A stretch of DNA of 24,901 nucleotides from Pseudobdellovibrionaceae bacterium (GCA_039810425.1 JBDHWW010000042.1:1-24901), one strand, 5' to 3'; numbered from the stretch's first letter, positions 1 through 8,013 are shown. The notes: generated by a model not told the origin, from the sequence alone. Numbers and translations: made by a program.

Positions 1-76
1 GACACATGGATACACGGCGCCTATTCAAATATAGCAGCCTGGCATGAAACCTACCCACAGCTAAAACCCGAGAGGC
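1..76. repeat. Left copy of a 76-bp terminal inverted repeat (probable end of a multicopy IS-like element)
   Basis: 1-76 (gacacatgga...cccgagaggc) is the exact reverse complement of 24825-24900. Identity stops abruptly at 77/24824. Confidence 0.95.
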
Positions 77-161
77 GAAAGCAATACGTGCCGTTGTAGG
101 CGCAAAAGCGTCTAGTTTATGGGCAACAGCGCGTCCAGATGAGATTTATTGATTTTAGTGG

Positions 162-177
162 TGGCCCCCGGCTTGCA
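162..177 (+). promoter_or_regulatory. Putative sigma54 (-24/-12) promoter of the 214-1149 gene
   Basis: TGGCCCCCGGCTTGCA has GG(163-164)-N10-GC(175-176), matching TGGCAC-N5-TTGCW. GTCYA..TG(A/G)G-type half-palindromes lie upstream at about 110-124 and 133-145. Confidence 0.55.
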
Positions 178-213
178 CTTTTTGACCCTCAATAGAAGTG
201 AGGACCTGCGCCA

Positions 214-1149
214 GTGAAACTAAATAACAAATTCGCTTTAGCTTTTACCGGGGTGGCAATCAGCCTTTCTTCTCTAGTCTCGGTTGCCGTGGATACAAAG
301 CCTTGCCCGATGATGAAAGCTGGTAAGTATAAAGGCCAATGCATTGACACCTCCGGCAAGCGCGCTGTGAAAATCGTGGGCCAGTCCACAGACAGCCTCA
401 CGGTTTTAAACTTCCGCAAAGCCGGCGTTTTCTATAAAGCCGTGATTCCGCTAAGCGAAGTCGGCAGTCTCAGCTATGAAGTCGTCGACCTGGATGCAAA
501 GCCTGTCAACTTCTTGAGCCTCATCAATATCTCGCACACGGAAATGCGCTTTAAAATGAGGCCCGGTTCAGTGATTAAACTCTACCCTAACAATGAACAC
601 GATGGCGGTGCGCCGATTGAAACTGAAACCGATGTGATGGTTTCGATGAACTACATGGCGCCGGCGGGCATTCCTTATGACCCCGTCAAAGGCTTCAACG
701 AAGACCTTTACGCTTCAGTTTTGCAGATCTTTTCGACTCAGGATGAAGTGAAAAAACGTTTTGTCGAGACCAAGGCCAACGTTTACGAAATCGACCTCAA
801 CATCTCAGGTGAACAAGCCGGCGCTGTGATGCGTGAAGCAATGATGTTGAGCGACCGTATTCAGTACACCGTCGCCTACGATACTTGGTCGAGCAACTGT
901 ACGACGTTTTTGTTTGATATACTTGATTCCGGCCTGCACTTGAAAGGCCAAAAGCCGTATCGCTTCAGTGCCTTTATCGCCAGCGACACCGGCTTAAAAC
1001 CGGCCTTTAAAGCTCTCGTAAAAAGAAACCTGGCTTTGGAGTCAACCAAGGTGGAGCTGCTCAATGCTGAGTTCGGCTACGGTGTTTTCCCGAGCAACAG
1101 CAATCGCTACTTCAATTCTTGGATCGGTAAAAACGTCCACGGGAACTAG
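214..1149 (+). CDS. Secreted protein with a DUF4105 (Lnb N-terminal-like) domain
   Basis: 311-aa ORF with GTG start and hydrophobic signal peptide. YDTWSSNCTT resembles the DUF4105 YnxxxxNCTT motif, and an upstream SHTEMRF supplies a candidate His. Confidence 0.6.
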   Translation: MKLNNKFALAFTGVAISLSSLVSVAVDTKPCPMMKAGKYKGQCIDTSGKRAVKIVGQSTDSLTVLNFRKAGVFYKAVIPLSEVGSLSYEVVDLDAKPVNFLSLINISHTEMRFKMRPGSVIKLYPNNEHDGGAPIETETDVMVSMNYMAPAGIPYDPVKGFNEDLYASVLQIFSTQDEVKKRFVETKANVYEIDLNISGEQAGAVMREAMMLSDRIQYTVAYDTWSSNCTTFLFDILDSGLHLKGQKPYRFSAFIASDTGLKPAFKALVKRNLALESTKVELLNAEFGYGVFPSNSNRYFNSWIGKNVHGN

Positions 1150-1291
1150 TTGATGTCGTAGCTTTGAAAGTCGATGTCAGCTTGCCTCCCTGTATTGCAA
1201 GGTCCGCAAGTTCCGGACTGCGGCTACCGCCGTCTGCATTCGCAACTGAAACCAATAAAAGTGCAAAGAAAATCCACCAAACCGTCTTCAT
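1112..1291 (-). CDS. Small secreted protein or gene remnant (59 aa), not in the ORF track
   Basis: Hand translation gives MKTVWWIFFALLLVSVANA|DGGSRSPELADLAIQGGKLTSTFKATTSTSSRGRFYRSKN*. AGAGGGA lies just upstream of the ATG and there is a classic AxA signal peptide. The 3' end overlaps the convergent 214-1149 gene by 38 nt. Confidence 0.4.
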   Translation of the reverse strand: MKTVWWIFFALLLVSVANADGGSRSPELADLAIQGGKLTSTFKATTSTSSRGRFYRSKN

Positions 1292-1543
1292 AATCCCTCT
1301 ATGACAAAGCCGTGGGATTTAAGCCTAAATTTCGTCAAAAGGGACCTTGTTTGTCTTCTTGTTGTAATTTATTCCACTTGGCTCACGGACCCAGCATATA
1401 AAGAAACCCGTTTTTAAGTGGTTTGCCTCCCTCAGCCACAGAAATGATTTGTCAAAACACGTATTACCGAAGTGTCACGTGAGTTCCCCCATCGCCAGGT
1501 ATTAAAACTACTTCACAACAACAAATCCATAAGGAGGATTGGA

Positions 1544-1822
1544 ATGAAAAAGTTTTTAGCGTCAGCTTTGATGGTCATGTTTGCCACTTCCGCTCTAGCA
1601 GCAGAGACGGCTTATGTCATGGTACCACTTCACGTCGGTCCGGGCCAAGAGTACGTTGATCCATGCCCAGGCAATGCCCCAGTACCGGCAAACGGTATGT
1701 GCGGTGACGGCCGTACCTGCCCTGTCGGCTACGAGCCAACGAAAAAAATGTGTTGGGACGGCCACTGGTTCAGCGAGTGCGGCATCACATGTAAAAACAT
1801 GCATCTTTGGGACGCGCCTTAA
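1544..1822 (+). CDS. Small secreted cysteine-rich protein (92 aa)
   Basis: Strong RBS AAGGAGG at 1531-1537 before ATG 1544, preferred over the track start at 1472. Signal peptide MKKFLASALMVMFATSALA. The mature part has six Cys, and a terminator follows. Confidence 0.8.
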   Translation: MKKFLASALMVMFATSALAAETAYVMVPLHVGPGQEYVDPCPGNAPVPANGMCGDGRTCPVGYEPTKKMCWDGHWFSECGITCKNMHLWDAP

Positions 1823-1830
1823 GGCAAAAT

Positions 1831-1865
1831 AAAAAGGCTTCGTAATTTCTTACGAAGCCTTTTTT
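1831..1865. terminator. Bidirectional rho-independent terminator
   Basis: AAAAAGGCTTCGTAA-TTTC-TTACGAAGCCTTTTTT is a perfect stem with A/T tracts on both sides, between convergent genes. Confidence 0.9.
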
Positions 1866-1910
1866 GTTTCTATAAGTCCTCTTCTTGCAAGATGAAGTGG
1901 TTTTGGAGAA

Positions 1911-2204
1911 CTACTCTTTAATCTGCAAAGATTCGACACTGCAAGAGCTGTCTAAGCCAACTTGAATTTGGTAGCCTGCTTTATAGATGAACCCAACTAC
2001 TGTGTATAATGTGGCGCCTGTTTCAGCATTTTCACTGACCTTTTTTAAAGTATTTGCGGCAATATCGCTAGAGTCGAAACTATAGGCCTTCGCCTTAGAA
2101 TCAAGATTTAATTTTGCGATCTCTAGCGCGGCCTTCTCACAGTTAGCGGCGAAGACGGTTGATGAAATTGACACTAGACTCAAAATTGCGATTAAAGCTT
2201 TCAC
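1911..2204 (-). CDS. Small secreted hypothetical protein (97 aa)
   Basis: GTG start with AAGGAG RBS, signal peptide ending VFA, and two Cys (possible disulfide). Confidence 0.8.
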   Translation of the reverse strand: MKALIAILSLVSISSTVFAANCEKAALEIAKLNLDSKAKAYSFDSSDIAANTLKKVSENAETGATLYTVVGFIYKAGYQIQVGLDSSCSVESLQIKE

Positions 2205-2414
2205 AAAATACTCCTTATTGGATTTGGGTAGTGTTCCAAAGGTTTCGGAATGGGCTACCGTGTAAATGTTAAATTGGGGTTTATTATACCAGAAGTTTCA
2301 ACATCGTACTGTTGGATTTTCAATTTTGAACTTATTGCCTGGGTCGGCGTCAAGAGCTCAGAAACTGATCCCTTACGCTGTTGATGGCAAAGGGGTTGCA
2401 TAAGTCTCTCTGGG

Positions 2415-2680
2415 ATGTTGCCAGAGTGTGTATATTGCATAAAAGAGACAAATCCGTCCGCAGGAGTCCGGACGACGGTGGTGAAGTTCGGAAGCTTTGT
2501 CAGAAAAGCTGATGGCAAAATCGTTTCCCGTTACCGCTGTAAGGCTTGTCAGAAGACCTTTTCTTTAACCACATTGTCTCGCTGTTATAAACAAAAGAAA
2601 AGACACCTTAATCCGCAAATATATCTCCAACTCGTAAGTGGCACCTCTCAACGAAGAATAGCTCGGATTTTAAGGATTTA
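2415..2680 (+). pseudogene. Truncated transposase N-terminus (IS1/InsA- or IS1595-like zinc ribbon plus HTH start)
   Basis: CVYC...KFG.F...RYRCKACQKTFS zinc ribbon followed by SGTSQRRIARILRI (HTH). The frame then runs into the antisense of the DHS-like gene at 2678. No catalytic DDE domain is present. Confidence 0.7.
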
Positions 2681-3658
2681 CCAGCCGAGGACGTATCCAA
2701 AAATCAAAGGTGCCACGATAGTCGCATCGGATTCAACAATGTAACTCGGTGTCGTCGGAGCCAATTTACCCCAAGTGATTTTCTCATTTGGGATCGCGCC
2801 CGAGTATGATCCGTAGGATGTTGTAGAATCAGAAATTTGCGCGAAGTAACTCCACAGTGGAACATCGTCGTGACCCAAATCTTGTTCTAACATCGGAACG
2901 ACGCAGATTGGAAAGTCCCCCGCTATACCACCGCCAATTTGGAAGAAGCCAACCGGGTTTTTTTTCGAAGCGCCCATGTACCACTCCGCCCAGGTCTTCA
3001 TGTACTCGATGCCCCCCTTAACAGTGGTCGATTTCTTGATATCACCTTTAATGCAGTGACCTGCAAAAATATTCCCCAAGGTTGAGTCTTCCCAGCCTGG
3101 AACAACCATTGGAAGGTTCTTTTCAGCAGCGGCTAATAACCAAGAATTTTTTGGATCGATTTGGTAGTACTGATTCAATTTACCAGAGAGCAAGATTTTA
3201 TACATGAACTCGTGGGGGAAGTAAGACTCACCTTTTTTGTCAGCTTCTTGCCAGTATTCCAGCACAACATTCTCGATACGGCGAATCGCTTCTTCTTCCG
3301 GGATGCAAGTGTCCGTTACGCGGTTCAAATGCTTTTCCAAAAGCTTTTGCTCATCTTGCGGAGTTAAGTCACGGTAGTTCGGGATACGCACGTAATGATC
3401 ATGGGCAACTAAATTGAACACGTCTTCTTCAAGGTTTGCGCCTGTGCATGAAATCGCGTGAACTTTTCCTTGGCGGATCATTTCAGCCAAGCTTAAACCC
3501 AATTCCGCAGTTGACATAGCGCCCGCCAATGTCACAAGCATCTGACCTTTGTTGTCGATGTGCTTTTTGTAACCAACCGCAGCGTCTTTCAAAGCGGCCG
3601 CATTAAAGTGGCGATAGTGGTGATCAATAAACTTGGTAATAACTCCATTGGTATTCAT
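2678..3658 (-). CDS. Deoxyhypusine synthase-like protein (possible homospermidine synthase)
   Basis: DHS family motifs TLAGAMSTAELG, ISCTGANLEED, RVTDT, QIGGG and SYSGAIPNEKITWGK (catalytic Lys region), plus ESDATIVAPL. Confidence 0.92.
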   Translation of the reverse strand: MNTNGVITKFIDHHYRHFNAAALKDAAVGYKKHIDNKGQMLVTLAGAMSTAELGLSLAEMIRQGKVHAISCTGANLEEDVFNLVAHDHYVRIPNYRDLTPQDEQKLLEKHLNRVTDTCIPEEEAIRRIENVVLEYWQEADKKGESYFPHEFMYKILLSGKLNQYYQIDPKNSWLLAAAEKNLPMVVPGWEDSTLGNIFAGHCIKGDIKKSTTVKGGIEYMKTWAEWYMGASKKNPVGFFQIGGGIAGDFPICVVPMLEQDLGHDDVPLWSYFAQISDSTTSYGSYSGAIPNEKITWGKLAPTTPSYIVESDATIVAPLIFGYVLGW

Positions 3659-3740
3659 AGCTTAGCCCTCTTTTTTTGAAGCCCTCAGTCATACCAGAAC
3701 CAAAGCTAAAGACAAGCCCTAGTTTTAGGCAAAAGAGCCC

Positions 3741-3755
3741 GTCTCATTTTGAGGC
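3741..3755. promoter_or_regulatory. Palindromic operator/enhancer-like site GTCTCATTTTGAGGC
   Basis: 14/15 identical to the site at 11918-11932. It lies about 75 bp upstream of a sigma54-like promoter. Confidence 0.55.
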
Positions 3756-3829
3756 GTCTAAAACTCCCGTGTGTAGCTGACAATCCTCGTCTGGGTGTTC
3801 ACCATTTCTATTTAAATCCGCAGAGATAC

Positions 3830-3845
3830 AGGCACGGCCTCTGCA
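3830..3845 (+). promoter_or_regulatory. Putative sigma54 promoter of the 3859-4368 lipoprotein gene
   Basis: AGGCACGGCCTCTGCA has GG(3831-32)-N10-GC(3843-44) with a GGCACG core. Confidence 0.55.
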
Positions 3846-3858
3846 TTGGCAGAAGCTT

Positions 3859-4368
3859 ATGTTTATGCGAAAGTTTTCACTCTTTAGCTTTATTTATTTC
3901 TTTGTTTTGGTCGCCTGCCAAAGCGGGGGGCCCCTCGCGCCTCCGGAATGTGTCGCCGGATTCGTGAAAACGTCCAACGGCTGCCGCTCTGTGAAGTCGC
4001 TTTCCAGTGACGAGCTCTATGAAGCGGACTCCCGCCTGTCTTCGCAAATTCAAGCCAGCGAAGCCGATCTCGCCACCCGTATTGAAACTAAAAAAATGAT
4101 TGAGAAAATGAAAGAAACAGAAGCCGCCAACCGCCGCACCCAAATGGCAGAGGCCCGTATAGTTTCTGAAGGCACCGCCGCCACTAGTAGCAACTACTCC
4201 CGCAATCAGATTCCGGTGGGCTTTATGGATAAAAGAACGACTCCTTCCGCTCCTCGAGTCACGGAAAAGGCCGCCCTCCGCAACGAACTCAAAGAAAATT
4301 TTGCCAGCGAGCTTCGCAGTAAAAACTACCAACCCGGCAGTTCCCTCCGCGCCAATGGTTTCCAGTAA
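3859..4368 (+). CDS. Hypothetical lipoprotein with a coiled-coil region
   Basis: Lipobox LVAC after a hydrophobic stretch, a CxxGFxxxxxGC mini-motif and a charged helical middle. The start may be 3865. Confidence 0.7.
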   Translation: MFMRKFSLFSFIYFFVLVACQSGGPLAPPECVAGFVKTSNGCRSVKSLSSDELYEADSRLSSQIQASEADLATRIETKKMIEKMKETEAANRRTQMAEARIVSEGTAATSSNYSRNQIPVGFMDKRTTPSAPRVTEKAALRNELKENFASELRSKNYQPGSSLRANGFQ

Positions 4369-4404
4369 GAGCCGTCCACAGTTTTGGCAGAAGAGATTTA
4401 GCGC

Positions 4405-4432
4405 TTGAAACAGAAAGGGCCTTTGCTATATT
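4405..4432 (+). promoter_or_regulatory. Putative sigma70 promoter
   Basis: TTGAAA-N16-TATATT with a TG extended -10, about 30 bp upstream of ATG 4464. Confidence 0.45.
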
Positions 4433-4463
4433 GGTCCGTAAAAGCCAACCCTGGGGTGGACCT

Positions 4464-5024
4464 ATGAAAAACTTTTTATTGTTATCTTTAGTTGTTTTAA
4501 CTTCAGCTTGCGGTATCCGCAAAGCCAGTGACGAAGTTAAAGAACGTATTGCAACTGAAAAAGCTGACGGAGCGTGGGATCGCCGTCCCGAGGTGGCTCT
4601 GGACAAAAAACTTATCTATAAGCAAGTCGGCTCTTGTGAAACGAACAACTTGGCGTTTAACGGTGTCACGGTTGTCGTGGCCGCGACTCAGGCAAAGCCT
4701 GCGTACTTGGTGAATATTTATCTGAATGCTGATCACTCTTACAAAGCTCTTTGGTTCGCAGCCCTTTCAGATCAGCCAGGGCATTGGGATACCAACAACC
4801 CAACAACAACAGAAGGTCCTTGGAATGTGACAACAACCTGGAGTGTGATGATCCGAAAACTGGGCACGGCTCAGTTTGATGCAAATATGGACAAAGGAAC
4901 CGTCACATTTGAAGCCGCCAGTGTAGCGAGTTTGACGGATGCTCCGACCGCGCCCATTACGATCGAGAATCAGCGCAACGATATCGTCGGCCGTTCTGCC
5001 GACGATATCTGTAAAGGCAAGTAA
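4464..5024 (+). CDS. Hypothetical lipoprotein (186 aa), beta-rich
   Basis: ATG 4464 follows GGGGTGGA. Lipoprotein signal MKNFLLLSLVVLTSAC. Two further Cys. Confidence 0.8.
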   Translation: MKNFLLLSLVVLTSACGIRKASDEVKERIATEKADGAWDRRPEVALDKKLIYKQVGSCETNNLAFNGVTVVVAATQAKPAYLVNIYLNADHSYKALWFAALSDQPGHWDTNNPTTTEGPWNVTTTWSVMIRKLGTAQFDANMDKGTVTFEAASVASLTDAPTAPITIENQRNDIVGRSADDICKGK

Positions 5025-5032
5025 AACTGGAA

Positions 5033-5179
5033 CTAAAACCCGATTTTGGATTCAGGGCCGACTTTCCCGGCCTTTTTCTTTTGCGACTCTATGTAGTGAT
5101 GGCGATAGCCATGAATCACGGTGATAAGACCGACAACAATCACGATACTGACGCCGCCGAAGAAGATGATGATACTCAT
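5033..5179 (-). CDS. Small single-pass membrane protein (48 aa), not in the ORF track
   Basis: ATG overlaps the tcdA stop (ATGA, 5176-5179). MSIIIFFGGVSIVIVVGLITVIHGYRHHYIESQKKKAGKVGPESKIGF* has one TM helix followed by a basic tail. Confidence 0.6.
   Translation of the reverse strand: MSIIIFFGGVSIVIVVGLITVIHGYRHHYIESQKKKAGKVGPESKIGF
5055..5081 (+). terminator. Probable rho-independent terminator of the 4464-5024 gene
   Basis: GGCCG-ACTTTCC-CGGCC followed by TTTTTCTTT. Confidence 0.5.
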
Positions 5180-6024
5180 GCCTTCACCACTTCCTGCACG
5201 ATCCACGAAGCGATATTAAGACCGAAAGCTCCTGTCACAAAGCTGGCCGTTCCCCAGGTCACATTGCGATGTTCACAGCTATGCAGGTTGTTTTGGTTTT
5301 GCGGGCAAACGCATTTAAAGCCTTCGCCATTGTCGTACTTGAGTTCCACAGGCCGAATCGGTTCTTCGTCAGAAAACACACACTGGATGCCGAAGGCGCC
5401 TTTTGCAGGCCAGTCGTATTTTTGGCGCAGGATCTTGCGCAGCTGTTGCGCCATGGGATCGCCATACGTGTCCGCAAGGTCTAAGCGCTTGATCTGCATT
5501 GGATCTAGGCGAGCCGCCGCTCCCGCACTTGTAATCACTTTCAATTTCTGTGTACGGCAAGTGTGGAGCAAGTGAGCTTTCGCTGTGAGGTTGTCGATGG
5601 CATCTACAATGACGTCCGCCTTGCGGGAAAGGATCACTTCAGAGTTTTCCGCATTATAAAACATTGGCATCACTTCGACTGTCATCTGCGGGTTGATTTT
5701 ACGAAGACGCTCGCCCATGACCTCGGCTTTCTTTTTGCCGACCATACCCTGGATCGCGTGCAACTGGCGATTGGCGTTCGTGATACAAACTTCGTCGAAA
5801 TCCACGAGGGTGATTTTACCCACGCCGGAACGGGCCAGAGATTCCGCCGCCCAAGAACCGACACCGCCGATACCGATAATCATCACATGGGATTGAAAGA
5901 GCTTCAACATCGCATCATCGCCGACGAGACGGCCCATACGGTCAAAACGACGATGCAATACGTATTTGGTTTCTTCCGGTTGGACGGGATTCGGGGCCAC
6001 AGCTTGCGTATTTGTTTCCATCAT
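5176..6024 (-). CDS. tcdA: tRNA threonylcarbamoyladenosine dehydratase (ThiF/E1-like family)
   Basis: GIGGVGSWAAESLARSGVG, DFDEVCITNANRQ, VDAID, GAAARLDP, DP+A..LRK.LR, VFSDE and GTASFVTGAFG. The start is uncertain (6021/6024/6036). Confidence 0.9.
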   Translation of the reverse strand: MMETNTQAVAPNPVQPEETKYVLHRRFDRMGRLVGDDAMLKLFQSHVMIIGIGGVGSWAAESLARSGVGKITLVDFDEVCITNANRQLHAIQGMVGKKKAEVMGERLRKINPQMTVEVMPMFYNAENSEVILSRKADVIVDAIDNLTAKAHLLHTCRTQKLKVITSAGAAARLDPMQIKRLDLADTYGDPMAQQLRKILRQKYDWPAKGAFGIQCVFSDEEPIRPVELKYDNGEGFKCVCPQNQNNLHSCEHRNVTWGTASFVTGAFGLNIASWIVQEVVKA

Positions 6025-6046
6025 ACCTTGTTCCACTTAAGTTCGC

Positions 6047-6838
6047 CTAAAAGCGAAACACTCTTTTAAAATTTTGGGTCGCGATTTCCAATACTTCTGG
6101 TGTTGAAATCCCGCGGATCTCGGCGATTTTCCCGGCAACATCCCACAAAGAGGCCGGTTGGTTCAAGCTTTGTTTGAACCGGGGCGGCGGCTGATCAGGA
6201 GAGTCGCTCTCAAGCAGTAAAAATTCCATGGGCATCTGCTTGATCACCTCGTGAAGTTTTTCATTCTGGGCCCAAACCACCGGCCCGCCAATAGATAAAC
6301 ACAAACCCCTTTTCAGAAAATCCTGAGCCTTCCCCCAACTGCCATTAAACGAGTGCACGAGGCCTTTGGCCGCCGGAATGCCCCACACATCCATGATTTT
6401 CAGACTCTCTTCGTGGGCCTGCACCAGGTGCAAAACCATGGGCTTTTGCGTGGCCTCAGCAAGTTCCAATTGCTGCTCAAAAATGCTGATTTGGCGGACT
6501 TTAGAGTCCTTCATGATCTGCGGGCGGAAATCCAGGCCAAGCTCTCCGATTCCGAGAGCCTCCGGCAAGATCGGCGCAAGCTGGTCCAGGGCGATCTCGC
6601 AAAGCTCGCCGTCGTGGGCCGCCACCCAGTACGGATGAAGCCCAAAGCAGAGGCCGAGCTTATCAGGATACTTTTTGGCGAGCTCACGCTGGCGTTGCCA
6701 GTCTTCGGGGCCGACTCCGCCTTGCATGAAGAATTTAATCCCTAGACTTTCAGCCTCGCGAATCACTTCGTCCAGCGAGTTCTCCAAGCGCGGGTCCGCT
6801 AAATGGCAATGGGCATCGATCCACTGGTTGTTGGTCAT
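6047..6838 (-). CDS. tatD: TatD family metal-dependent hydrolase/DNase
   Basis: IDAHCHL, GLHP, IGELGLDF, VLH, HSFNG and LLESDSPD motifs. Confidence 0.92.
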   Translation of the reverse strand: MTNNQWIDAHCHLADPRLENSLDEVIREAESLGIKFFMQGGVGPEDWQRQRELAKKYPDKLGLCFGLHPYWVAAHDGELCEIALDQLAPILPEALGIGELGLDFRPQIMKDSKVRQISIFEQQLELAEATQKPMVLHLVQAHEESLKIMDVWGIPAAKGLVHSFNGSWGKAQDFLKRGLCLSIGGPVVWAQNEKLHEVIKQMPMEFLLLESDSPDQPPPRFKQSLNQPASLWDVAGKIAEIRGISTPEVLEIATQNFKRVFRF

Positions 6839-6865
6839 GTTCAAAAAATTACCACAATTCCCGAC

Positions 6866-6892
6866 TCATACAATCTTTGATGCTACCGATAA
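6866..6892 (+). promoter_or_regulatory. Possible sigma28 (FliA)-type promoter of the 6935-7993 gene
   Basis: ACCGATAA at 6885-6892 (consensus GCCGATAA) with TCAT 15 nt upstream. The -35 is weak. Confidence 0.35.
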
Positions 6893-6934
6893 GATTCCAA
6901 TAGAAAGCTTTGTATTTGTTTTCACGGAGAGAAA

Positions 6935-7993
6935 ATGAAAAAAGATAAAATCCAGCTTGGTTATGAAATCGTTGTCGACAAAGGCCCTATCGCAAAGCCG
7001 GCAAAACTCGAATTTTGGAAAAACCCGACAAGCCACGAAAAATGGACACAAACAGCGCCGTTTAAATATATGGCGGATGCCCTTGTGGGACTTTCTCTGT
7101 TTAAAATGAATGATTACCTGAAAAGCCCTCTCGTGTGCCCCGAGCTGAATTACAATTTCTGCGCTGAGGCTTGGCGCGCGTTGGACCCTCACTACGAGCT
7201 CTTCCAGCGCACAACCGTTCGGGTGAACTCATTGAAAGATCACGCCCCGAAAGCCGATCCAAAACTCGTGGCTGCTTTGGAAAATTCTTTGAATGAAATT
7301 ATCACAAATGCCCAAAAGCCCTGGGGCCTGGATTTGAAAGAGCTCTTCGCGATGAATGATGCGATTGCACATTTCGAAAATAAATCCGGCACGCACCTTA
7401 TTTACAACTTCGGCCTGCACTTCTCAAAAGGCTTCAGCGAAAAGCTTTTGCAGATTTTCTCTTGCTTGTTCCACTTGCGCTCCTTGATTGCCTTGGACTA
7501 CAACGCGCACACTCACGATGCGACTTTTGAGGCGGTCAAAGTGGATGCGATTTCAGATTATCTCCATAAACCAGATTACGTCGTTCATGATGCCTTGTTG
7601 TACTTGAACTTTAAGCGTCTGAGCCAGCCGTTTGCGGCCCAGAAGAACGACGCCCGTATTGACAAGCTTTTGGTTGCGCCAATGCAGAAAGCGTTTGAGC
7701 AATACACTCACAATGCTTATTTCCTGGTTGAGCAATTGCCAAAGAGCTTTCTGAACTCTTTAAATCACGCCGAGCTCGAAGATGCATTGTACATGGTTCA
7801 AACGGACTGGCTGCTCGGCTCCGAAGCCGGCGTGCTGTTTAAGATCCGTGAAGAACTCTTTGGCTTGGAATACGGCTATGAAAAGATCTTCTGGCACGAC
7901 CTAGAAAAGCGCCCGACGTTCAAACCAGGGAATTTAAGCATCTGCTGTGAAGTGGATGACTCAGACATCTATGGCGGCTCGCACGCCGCCTGA
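6935..7993 (+). CDS. Hypothetical cytoplasmic protein (352 aa, mostly helical)
   Basis: Long ORF with GGAGAG RBS and normal composition. No motif recognised. Confidence 0.8.
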   Translation: MKKDKIQLGYEIVVDKGPIAKPAKLEFWKNPTSHEKWTQTAPFKYMADALVGLSLFKMNDYLKSPLVCPELNYNFCAEAWRALDPHYELFQRTTVRVNSLKDHAPKADPKLVAALENSLNEIITNAQKPWGLDLKELFAMNDAIAHFENKSGTHLIYNFGLHFSKGFSEKLLQIFSCLFHLRSLIALDYNAHTHDATFEAVKVDAISDYLHKPDYVVHDALLYLNFKRLSQPFAAQKNDARIDKLLVAPMQKAFEQYTHNAYFLVEQLPKSFLNSLNHAELEDALYMVQTDWLLGSEAGVLFKIREELFGLEYGYEKIFWHDLEKRPTFKPGNLSICCEVDDSDIYGGSHAA

Positions 7994-8013
7994 TCCACGC
8001 CCGCACCATGGAA

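Noticed and set aside
1306..1325. IS200/IS605-type end hairpin (AAAGCCGTGGG)
   Set aside because: Only one arm is present, with no complementary CCCACGGCT and no tnpA/tnpB nearby.
1381..1432. c-di-GMP-I riboswitch suggested by GGCAAACC on the minus strand
   Set aside because: It lacks the GNRA-capped stem and the downstream GACGCAAAG/P2 elements.
2681..2744. C-terminal part of the 2415-2744 ORF as genuine coding sequence
   Set aside because: It is simply the antisense of the last codons of the DHS-like gene.
5081..6069. Plus-strand ORFs 5081-5575 and 5563-6069
   Set aside because: They are antisense shadows of tcdA and the small membrane ORF, with no RBS or recognisable motifs.
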